This document shows positions 49,901 through 61,900 of a stretch of 64,000 nt of DNA, in pieces. Source of the DNA: Macrostomum hystrix (Eukaryota > Animalia > Platyhelminthes); NCBI GenBank assembly GCA_950097015.1, contig CATNEN010000038.1, forward strand, positions 17,608,001 through 17,672,000, in the 5' to 3' direction. The notes beneath the pieces are model-generated. The model worked only from the letters and a program-made list of their open reading frames with translations, did not search any database and had not been told where the DNA came from. A program made the translations under genes and the position numbers. Numbering within the stretch: position 1 is the stretch's first letter; every line of letters begins with the position of its first letter.

Positions 49901-52900
49901 CTCTCTCTGACTCTCTCTCTGACTCTCTCTCTGACTCTCTCTCTGACTCTCTCCTGACTCTCTCTCTGACTCTCTCTCTGACTCTCTCCTGACTCTCTCT
50001 CTGACTCTCTGACTCTCTCTCTCTGACTGTCTCTCTCTGACTCTCTCTCTCTGACTGTCTCTCTCTGACTCTCTGACTCTCTCTCTAACTCTCTCTCTCT
50101 GACTCTCTCTCTCTGACTCTCTCTCTGACTCTCTCTCTGACTCTCTCTCTCTGTCTCTGACTCTCTCTGACTCTCTCTCTGACTCTCTCTCTGACTCTCT
50201 CTCTGACTCTCTCTCTCTCTCTGACTCTCTCTCTGACTCTCTCTGACTCTCTATCTCTGACTTTCTCTCTCTGACTCTCTCTGACTCTCTCACTGACTCT
50301 CTCTTTTTATCTCTCTTTTTTATCTCTCTCTGACTCTCTCTCTGACTCTCTCTCTCTCTCTCTGACTCCCGCTGACTATCTTTATCACTGTCCATCTGTC
50401 TATCTAAATTTCCAGTCTGACACACACAGACACACTTCACAGATTCTATCTGCATAGACATGAATCTTGCAATCTCTATTCATTTCAGTCTCTGGATGGT
50501 CCCTAACTTTTCCAGGTTGAGTTTCAAAGGCTTGCTCTCATCTTCGGCCACTAGCGACGAGCACAGTGGACAGGTGTCGTGCAGTCGCATACTGAAATTG
50601 GCGGATGAGCTTCAATGCTAATTTGCTCCATTTGTACTTTTGCAGTGAATTGCTTCAATAATAGTCTTTACATTTTGGGAAACGGTCGCATAGACATGAA
50701 ATACACAGAGTCCCTATCTGCATCGTCTCTGATCCAGTAGGCCAGACCCTGTAGCTCCCTGGCCAGGTGGTCCACGTAATCCCAGATTAGGCTGCGGGAT
50801 TAGCAATCAGTACAATTACTTAATCTGCTTCTAGTAGCAATACAAGCGTTTATATAGTAAGAATGGCAAAGCAATACAATCTAAGGAAATGGAAGGTTGC
50901 CCAATTAAACAGAACCTTTACAATAAAAGGTGCCATACATTAAACAGTATTGCGGGTTCATTTTGTTTAAACGTGGGGTATGTACTGAGAACAGGTTCGG
51001 TGTGTGAGTGTGTATGCATGTGTGTGTGTATGAGAACAGGTGAATCAGTGTATGAGAACAGGTGAATCAGTGTATGAGAACAGGTGAATCAGTGTATGAG
51101 AACAGGTGAATCAGTGTATGAGAACAGGTGAATCAGTGTATGAGAACAGGTGAATCAGTGTATGAGAACAGGTCAATCAGTGTGTGAGAACAGGTGAATC
51201 AGTGCATGAGAACAGGTGAATCAGTGTGTGAGAACAAGTGAATCAGTGTATGAGAACAGGTGAATCAGTGTATGAGAACAGGTGAATCAGTGAATGAGAA
51301 CAGGTGAATCAGTGTATGAGAACAGGTAAATCAGTGAATGAGAACAGGTGAATCAGTGTGTGAGAACAGGTAAATCAGTGTGTGAGAACAGGTGAATCAG
51401 TGTGTGAGAACAGGTGAATCAGTGTATGAGAACAGGTGAATCAGTGTATGAGAACAGGTGAATCAGTGTGTGAGAACAGGTGAATCAGTGTATGAGAACA
51501 GGTGAATCAGTGTGTGAGAACAAGTGAATCAGTGTATGAGAACAGGTGAATCAGTGAATGAGAACAGGTGAATCAGTGTATGAGAACAGGTAAATCAGTG
51601 AATGAGAACAGGTGAATCAGTGTGTGAGAACAGGTAAATCAGTGAATGAGAACAGGTGAATCAGTGTGTGAGAACAGGTGAATCAGTGTATGAGAACAGG
51701 TGAATCAGTGTATGAGAACAGGTGAATCAGTGTATGAGAACAGGTAAATCAGTGTATGAGAACATGTGAATCAGTGTATGAGAACAGGTGAATCAGTGTA
51801 TGAGAACAGGTGAATCAGTGAGTGTGAACAGGTGAATCAGTGTGTGAGAACAAGTGAATCAGTGTGTGAGAACAAGTGAATCCGTGAATGAGAACAGGTG
51901 AATCAGTTTATGAGAACAGGTGAATCAGTGTATGAGAACAGGTGAATCAGTGTGTGAGAACAGGTGAATCAGTGAATGAGAACAGGTGAATCAGTGAATG
52001 AGAACAGGTGAATTAGCGTATACGACGTAAGAACAGGTGAATCAGTGTGTGAGAACAGGTGAATCAGTGTATGAGAACAGGTGAATCAGTGAGTGTGAAC
52101 AAGTGAATTTTAGGGACAGAAATATTTACAGGCACAGTTTATAAAATTATTTTTTTGGGATTAAGTAACAAGCAAGGCTATCAATAAATGCTAAAGCGAA
52201 TCACTCAAAGGATAAATATGGCAAAGGATAAATAGGATTTCTTAGAAAATTCTATTTTGAGCCAGAAAGCAGTATTTAAACTATCAATACACTGAAAGTT
52301 GTATCTTCAACAATTGTTAAGTTTTGTAATTTTTTAGCGAATATAAGCTAGATTACGCAGTTGCTAAGGCGGGATTCTATAGGTTGAATTATATTAAATA
52401 AAAAATTCAAAAACTTTGCATTGGATCTTACCTTGAGTATCTAAAATTTATAGGCAAATGAAAGCTTTTATATTGTTCTATTATAATATTATTATCATTT
52501 AAATGCGGTCGATTGAGATAATTAGTGACAGGTAGACAGAGTGACAGGTAGACAGAGTGACAGGTAGACAGGGTGACAGGTAGACAGGTTGACAGGGTGA
52601 CAGGTAGACAGGGTGACAGGTAGACAGGGAGACAGGTAGACAGGGTAACAGGTAGACAGGTTGACAGGGTGACAGGTAGACAGGGTGACAGGTAGACAGG
52701 GAGACAGGTAGACAGGGAGACAGGTAGACAGGGAGACAGGTAGACAGGGTGACAGGTAGACAGGTTGACAGGGTGACAGGGAGACAGGGTGACAGGTAGA
52801 CAGGGTGACAGGTAGACAGGGTGACAGGTAGACAGGGTGACAGGTAGACAGGGTGACAGGTAGACAGGGTGACAGGTAGACAGTGTGACAGGTAGACAGG

Positions 52901-55900
52901 TTGACAGGGTGACAGGGAGACAGGTAGACAGGGAGACAGGTAGACAGGGTGACAGGTAGACAGGGTGACAGGTAGACAGGGGGACAGGGAGACAGAGTGA
53001 CAGGTAGACAGGGTGACAGGTAGACAGGTTGACAGGGTGACAGGGTGACAGGGTGACAGGTAGACAGGGTGACAGGTAGACAGGGTAACAGGTAGACAGG
53101 TTGACAGGGTGACAGGTAGACAGGGTGACAGGTAGACAGGGAGACAGGTAGACAGGGAGACAGGTAGACAGGGTGACAGGTAGACAGGTTGACAGGGTGA
53201 CAGGTAGACAGGGTGACAGGTAGACAGGGTGACAGGTAGACAGGGTAACAGGTAGACAGGTTGACAGGGTGACAGGTAGACAGGGTGACAGGTAGACAGG
53301 GAGACAGGTAGACAGGGAGACAGGTAGACAGGGTGACAGGTAGACAGGTTGACAGGGTGACAGGTAGACAGGGTGACAGGTAGACAGGGTGACAGGTAGA
53401 CGGGTAGACAGGGTGACAGGTAGACGGGTAGACAGGGTGACAGGTAGACAGGGAGACAGGGTGACAGGTAGACAGGGTGACAGGTAGACGGGTAGACAGG
53501 GTGACAGGTAGACGGGTAGACAGGGAGACAGGTAGACAGGGAGACAGGTAGACAGGGAGACAGGTAGACAGGGTGACAGGTAGACAGGGTGACAGGTAGA
53601 CAGGGTGACAGGTGTCTGTAATAACATGCGCCAGTGGGGAGTTTTTCCCTCTCTCACCTGTCGTGAATGATGTCAGGCGATCTGTTCTCACTAGATGCGG
53701 CCGAAGTTTTCATATAGGCGTAGAACATATACCTGAGAAACGGCCGTTTCAGATGATTCTCAACATCCGTGTCGTTCAAAATGCCGAGTATCTCTTCGGC
53801 GCCAAGGATTGTCTGACAGAGCGACTCGATGTAGCGGTTTTCTCCTTCGGCACAGGTGGCCAGCAAGTCAACCAGGCTCACCAGGTATTGGCAGTGATTG
53901 GCGCCGCGATTGCCGCTCAGCACCTCCATTCTGGAGGACGGGTTAGTGACCGATTTATCAATGACAGATTCACATTTTTCACACATTGATCTACGATTGA
54001 TAGATACATTGACAGATTTGTCCATGATTGATTGACCGAATATCTTTGATTGGTTGACAGATTTATCTACAATTGGTTTACAGATTTATATTCGATTGGT
54101 TGACAGATTTATCTACGATTGATTGACAGATTTATCTACGATTGATTCACAGATTTATCTTCGATTGGTTGATCTACGATTGATTGACAGATTTATCTAC
54201 GATTGATTGACAGATTTATCTACGATTGATTCACAGATTTATCTTCGATTGGTTGATCTACGATTGATTGACAGATTTATCTACGATTGATTCACAGATT
54301 TATCTTCGATTGGTTGATCTACGATTGATTGACAGATTTATCTACGATTGATTGACAGATTTATCTACGATTGATTGACAGATTTATCAACGATTGATTC
54401 AAAGATTTATCTACGATTGATTGACAGATTTATCTACGATTGATTGACAGATTTATCTACGATTGATTGACAGATTTATCTACGATTGATTCACAGATTT
54501 GTCTACGATTGATTGACAGATTTAATTACGATTGATTGACATATTTATCTACGATTGATTGACAGATTTATCTACGATTGATTCACAGATTTATCTTCGA
54601 TTGGTTGATCTACGATTGATTGACAGATTTATCTACGATTGATTGACAGATTTATCTACGATTGATTGACAGATTTATCTACGATTGATTGACAGATTTA
54701 TCTACGATTGGTTGATCTACGATTGATTGACAGATTTATCTACGATTGGTTGATCTACGATTGATTGACAGATTTATCTACGATTGATTCACAGATTTAA
54801 CAACGATTGATTCACAGATTTATCTACGATTGATTGACAGATTTATCAACGATTGATTGACAGATTTATCTACGATTGGTTGATCTACGATTGATTGACA
54901 GATTTATTTACGATTGATCGACAGATTTATCAACGAATGATTCACAGATTTATCTACGATTGATTGACAGATTTATCTACGATTGATTGACAGATTTATC
55001 TACGATTGATTGACAGATTTATCTACGATTGATTGACAGATTTATCAACGATTGATTGACAGATTTATCTGCGATTGATTGACAGATTTATCAACGACTG
55101 ATTCACAGATTTATCTGCGATTAATTGACAGATTTATCAACGATTGATTGACAGATTTATCTACGACTGATTCACAGATTTATCTGCGATTAATTGACAG
55201 ATTTATCTGCGATTGATTCACAGATTTATCAACGAATGATTCACAGATTTATCTACGATTGATTGACAGATTTATCTACGATTGATTGACAGATTTATCT
55301 ACGATTGATTGACAGATTTATCAACGATTGATTGACAGATTTATCTACGACTGATTCACAGATTTATCTGCGATTAATTGACAGATTTATCTGCGATTGA
55401 TTCACAGATTTATCTGCGATTGATTGACAGATTGACAGTTTTTTCCCTGTCTATGATTGACTGACATATCTATCAACGATTGATGGATATATACATCGCT
55501 ATATTTCAATCGATGATTGATTGGTAGATCTATCAAGAACTGATTGATTGATTTTTTCATTGATTAAACAATTTATTAGAATTTATTGACAGTTTGACAG
55601 ATTGATAGCCCACCTGTCCTTCGCCGTGCACTGCTCCAGAATGTAGGCTACCTTGCTGTAGTTCTGCATAATGTACTTCATAACTAAGGTCTGGTTTCGC
55701 TTCAGGGCCAGACCTGGGCCGTCCACTTTCACAATGCAGGCCAGAAGTTCGAGAAATTCAGGCGCCTTTTCCTGATTATCTGCGACCAGGCTGACAATCT
55801 TGGAGATTTGCTTCGGCAGGATCTTCAGGCAGAGCTCCTGATTGTTGGCGAACACCTCCTTGAGGGCCAGTGCCAGGTCGGACTCAACCAGTCGAACGCG

Positions 55901-58900
55901 AAGCAAATTATCCAAATTATTAAACACCTGATTCTGTACATCTTCGTAGCGCATTGTTAGAGCTTTGAGCAGTTTAACGGCTCTCTTTAGCACGCCAACA
56001 GTTTGGTGATATTTCTCCGATAGCTGAACGTCGGTTTCGGTGGACAGAATGTCGAAGACAACGCTCAGCACGTCTGGATGACGATTCGAAAGTAAGTTAT
56101 TTAATAACAGTGAGGTATTGTTTGATAAAAAATGAAATATTGAAGAATTTAGAATGAAAATAAAGGATAAGGAATGAGTTTAAAATTAAGGATGGACAAA
56201 AAAGAATTATGAAGAGAGGAGGAGAGACTTCAGGGTCTGGGGAGGGCGACGCATGCGGTGGGCAGACAGAGAAAAAGCGGGGCGGGACCAATCAGGCGCC
56301 GACCGGGCCACGCGAAACCGGTTTGGCGGTGAAGGGGTCAGGGCTAAAGCCACGCAGGACTGAGGTTGGCTGGGTGGGGGTGAGGGCGTGAGAAAAGCTA
56401 TAACCAATCAGAGAACTCTGGATTTGCATGAACCAGCCCAGCTAGAAAACCGGATTGGGGGTGGGGCAAGACAGATCGATAATAAACAAAAACAAGAGAA
56501 AGAAGACTGACAACAGATGCATGAAATATTGAAGAATGAAGAATGAAATATCAGCGGCGAATAAAAATAGCGAAATCCTTTTTTATATTATTAAAACAAT
56601 AATAATAATAATAATTGATTAAACCTGCCCCAATTGGGTCAGATGTGCAGCCAACGGCACAGCCGCAGCTAATGCGCGGCGCATCTGAAGGCTGCGTACA
56701 GCTGTTCAGTCCATGGACTGGGGGGACGCCACACCCACCTTCAATTATCCCAGCTAATGCTGGTACCCATTTAACAGCTGGGTGAACTGAAGCAATGCAG
56801 AGTTAAGTGTCTTGCTAAAGGACACAAATTGTTCCAGTGGGGTCGGGAATCGAACCCCTGACCTTCAAGTCGTGAGTCCGATGTCCTAACCACTAGGCTA
56901 CAACCTCTTTTTAAAAATTATTAAAAAGTATTAATTTTTATTATAAAATTTTATTATTATTTTTTTTTAAAATAAAATTATCATTATTAAAATTTTTAAA
57001 AATTAAAAAGCCATCATTATTAAAAGCAAATACTAAAGAATTATTAGAAGGGTAGTCTAGCAAAGGGGTTGGAGCGTCTGACTAAAATACGGTCGGGAGT
57101 TCGATTCCCGACTCCGTTGGAATAATTTTTGTCCTATAGCAAGACAAAACTGCATTGCTTCAGTTTTCCCAGATGTTAACAGTTTAAAGGTATTTTCACG
57201 CTGGGGAAAGATGAAAAATCACTAGGTCAGCACTGAAGTCGAAGACCCTGGTGACAAGGATATATTTAAATATATTTTAGCCTGGGAATATTTTAGCCCG
57301 TGTTCCAATTTTTCATCTGTGTCCATGGACACAATTAACGAAAAACTGATGCAGGAAGTACTATTGGCAGCTATCGCAGGTTCAATAAATCTTGAGTACT
57401 CACTGTGGCTGATCATGAGCCTCTGGTTCATAGGATGCGGCTCCTCCTCAGCCTTGGGCAGGTGGCATAGCTCGAACAATTCGCCAAGAATTGTCTCCAT
57501 TTTAGTGGCCTGATCGGCTGTCCATTTGCTCCTAGCCATCATTTTCAGAAGTGGAACCTGTTTGCCGACCTCGCGGTGTACGCGGCACGAGTCCGGAGTG
57601 ACCAACACCAGCGAGTTGATGGCGAGGGTGAACATTGAGCTCTTGGCTGAGTAAAGCTTGTTGAGCAGTTGGAGTGACAGCTGCACCATTGGGTCGTATT
57701 CGTAGTGAGCTAGGTCCTGCGTAAGAATGACCCGGACTAACTCTTTGATTTGAATCAGATTTATTCAATGAACCCCATTTCACTTAGACCAAGTCTAGGC
57801 TGATAGAATGATAAATAGGTCAATGATCTACGATTCCACCTTCGATTCTATCTACGATTCTACCTTCGATTCTATCTACGATTCTACCTTCGATTCTATC
57901 TACGATATTATCTACGATTCTATCTACGATTCTATCTACGATTCTATCTACGGTTCTATCTACGGTTATATCTACGATTCTATCTACGATTCTTTCTACG
58001 GTTCTATCTACGGTTCTATCTACGATTCCATCTACGATTCTACCTTCGATTCTATCTACGATATTATCTACGATTCTATCTACGATATTATCTACGATTC
58101 TATCTACGGTTCTATCTACGATTCTATCTACGATTCTATCTACGATTCTATCTACGATTCTATCTACGATTCTTTCTACGGTTCTATCTACGATTCTATC
58201 TACGATTCTTTCTACGATTCTATCTACGATTCTATCTACGATATTATCTACGATTCTATCTACGGTTCTATCTACGATTCTATCTACGATTCTATCTACG
58301 ATTCTTTCTACGGTTCTATCTACGATTCTATCTACGATTCTTTCTACGGTTCTATCTACGGTTCTATCTACGATTCCATCTACGATTCTACCTTCGATTC
58401 TATCTACGATATTATCTACGATTCTATCTACGATATTATCTACGATTCTATCTACGGTTCTATCTACGATTCTATCTTCGATTCTATCTACGATTCTATC
58501 TACGATTCTATCTACGATTCTTTCTACGGTTCTATCTACGATTCTATCTACGATTCTTTCTACGATTCTATCTACGATTCTATCTACGATATTATCTACG
58601 ATTCTATCTACGGTTCTATCTACGATTCTATCTACGATTCTATCTACGATTCTATCTACGATTCTATCTACGATTCTATCTACGATTCTTTCTACGGTTC
58701 TATCTACGATTCTATCTACGATTCTTTCTACGGTTCTATCTACGGTTCTATCTACGATTCTATCTACGATTCTATCTACGGTTCTATCTACGGTTCTATC
58801 TATGGTTCTATCTACGGTTCTATCTACGATTCTATCTACGATTCTATCTACGATTCTGTCTACGATTCTATCTACGATTCTGTCTACGATTCTACCTTCG

Positions 58901-61900
58901 ATTTATTCTACGATTATATCTACGATTCTGTCTACGATTCTATCTACGATTCTATCTACGATTCTACCTTCGATTCTATCTACGATACTATCTACGATTC
59001 TATCTACGATTCTGTCTACGATTCTACCTTCGATTTATTCTACGATTATATCTACGATTCTGTCTACGATTCTACCTTCGATTTATTCTACAATTCTATC
59101 TACGATTCTATCTACGGTTCTATCTACGATTCTATCTACGATTCTATCTACGATTCTATCTACGGTTCTATCTTCGATTCTATCTACGGTTCTATCTTCG
59201 ATTGCAGTTCTTGAAGTTTGTGTCACTTTTGCTAAGTTTAGTACAGTTCTTAGATTTTGCTAGCTTTTGGACAAGCAATAAAAGCTTTTTGAAGTGCATT
59301 TTCAGTCATCACAATCATTAATAGATCACCATTAGTATTGAGGTTAATGTCTCGTTGTCCAGGTAACCGGAAGACTCGTCGAACATTGCCCTGAGCTCTT
59401 TACGCATTGAGTTCTGCAACTTCTTGCTGTTTCTAAAAGAAGAATGATAGCTTAACAGCCTCAGCAAGCATTCAGATTCATATTTTGACTGTCAAAAGTA
59501 AGTTTTCATACTTTTTCTTATCAAATGGATCAAATGTTTCGTAGAGGGCTGGAACCAGCTGATGAAAGTACTTTTTCTTGCCGGACACTTCACTGACTTC
59601 GCACTCTTTGAATTTCTTGATGAACGACTGAAATGGAACATTGGAATTTAATTGGAGAGTCCTAACAATAGTAGTAATTAGGGCAATTTTGAGAGTATTT
59701 TGAACTAAACCAATGATGGAATTGTCTATGGAATTGTCTATGGAGTTGTCTATGGAATTGTCTATGGAGTTGTCTATGGAATTGTCTATGGAATTGTCTA
59801 TGGAATTGTCTATGGAATTGTCTATGGAGTTGTCTATGGAATTGTCTATGGAATTGTCTATGGAATTGTCTATGGAGTTGTCTATGGAATTGTCTATGGA
59901 ATTGTCTATGGAATCGTCTATGGAATTGTCTATGGAATTGTCTATGGAATCGTCTATGGAATTGTCTTTGGAATTGTCTATGGAATCGTCTATGGAATTG
60001 TCTATGGAGTTGTCTATGGAATTGTAGATGGAATCGTAGATGGAATCGTAGATGGAATTGTCTATGGAATTGTAGATGGAATCGTAGATGGAATAGTAGA
60101 TAGAATCGTAGATAGAATCGTAGATAGAATCGTAGATAGAATCGTAGATAGAATCGTAGATAGAATCGTAGATAGAATCGTATATAGAATCGTAGATAGA
60201 ATCGTATATAGAATCGTAGATGGAATCGTAGATGGAATCGTAGATGGAATCGTAGATATAATCGTAGATAGAATCGTAGATGGAATCGTAGATAGAATCG
60301 TAGATAGAATCGTAGATAGAATCGTAGATAAAATAGTAGATGGAATCGTAGATTAAAGTCTAAACGTACAGCTAGTCGGGCATTTTCCTGGAAGGTCATC
60401 ACCAGGTCCAGCACTTCAAGGGCTGCGTGCTTGGCGCTGACGATGGCTTGGGTCTCCGGGCTTCGCTTGTACCGCTCCCCTGATTTGAATCTCTGCACCA
60501 GCTTCTTGCGATCTTTGGAGTCTGAAATTTTTCCAGACGGGGTATCACAATGGAATGCGTTTTTTCAGAAAGAAATTTGTCATTTTAATCAAATATTTAA
60601 AAACAAAAACTTAAACTCGTAAAAACGATATTTTGCAGCAAAGTATACAAAAACTTACCAATAGACAAAAATGAGAAATCCTAAAAATCTAGAGTTACCC
60701 AAATCTTTCGTAGATGGAATCGTAGATGGAATCGTAGATGGAATCGTAGATGGAACCGTAGATGGAATCGTAGATGGAATCGTAGATGGAATCGTAGATG
60801 GAACCGTAGATGGAATCGTAGATAGAATCGTAGATGGAATCGTAGATGGAATCGCAGGAATTTGATGGAATCGAGTCTACTGAAATCTAACCAAAATCTT
60901 CAGAAATCTTACCCAAATCTACTGAAATCTCACCTAAATCTACAGAAATCTCTAGAAATCTACAGAAATCTACTGAAATCTCTAGAAATCTACAGAAATC
61001 TACAGAAATCTACAGAAATCTACTGAAATCTCTAGAATTCTACAGAAATCTCTAGAAATCTACAGAAATCTACAGAAATCTCTAGAAATCTACAGAAATC
61101 TACAGAAATCTCTAGAAATCTACAGAAATCTACAGAAATCTACTGAAATCTCTAGAAATCTACAGAAATCTACAGAAATCTACTGAAATCTCTAGAAATC
61201 TACTGAAATCTCTAGAAATCTACTGAAATCTCTAGAAATCTACTAAAATCTCTAGAAATCTACTGAAATCTCTAGAAATCTACTGAAATCTCTAGAAATC
61301 TACTGAAATCTCTAGAAATCTACTGAAATCTCATCCAATTCCAGAGAAATCTCTCTGAAATTTAACATAAAAATCGATTTAAATCTAAGAAATCTAGCCA
61401 AATTCTTATTATTTTGTCTACCTTAAATAACTATTTTAAAGCGTATTTGCAAACAATACGCTTCAAAATCGAAGCGGCAGAGGTATCAGAGTCCCAGATC
61501 CCCACACTCGCCTCTGCCAGGTATTCTCTCCGTCGGATAGGGGAGATCGTTTTCCCCGTCCAGCAGATTCCTGAGCGGCGGCAGCAGTTTCGACAGGTCC
61601 TGGATGTCACCGTAATAGCCAAACTGAACCAGGTAGTGCAGCAGTTTGAGCACCTGCTCAATCAGGATGTTATTGGCTATCTGGGAGGCAATCATTAGAC
61701 GATTCTGGTCAAGAAATTGGGTGATCCAATCTCGGATCACCGGGAATATTGTCACTAAGTCTTTAGCGGCCTGAAAAAGAGGAAAAATGCATGATAAAGT
61801 TGCTTCTTTTCTATCGATTCTTAATTCTTCTATCAATCAATTTTACAACTATTTTTAACTGCATTTTCTATGAATTCATTCTTCGATTTACTTTAATTCT

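Noticed and set aside
48327-50461. RE/RS-rich ORFs resembling SR proteins
   Set aside because: (GA)n-rich intronic repeat; no domain; several frames open.
52428-53691. Cys/Pro-rich ORFs
   Set aside because: 8-bp repeat artefact.
57808-60369. YDSI, STIL, MELS and FHRQ repeat ORFs
   Set aside because: 12-bp arrays; the true exons in this interval are separate and identified by splice sites.
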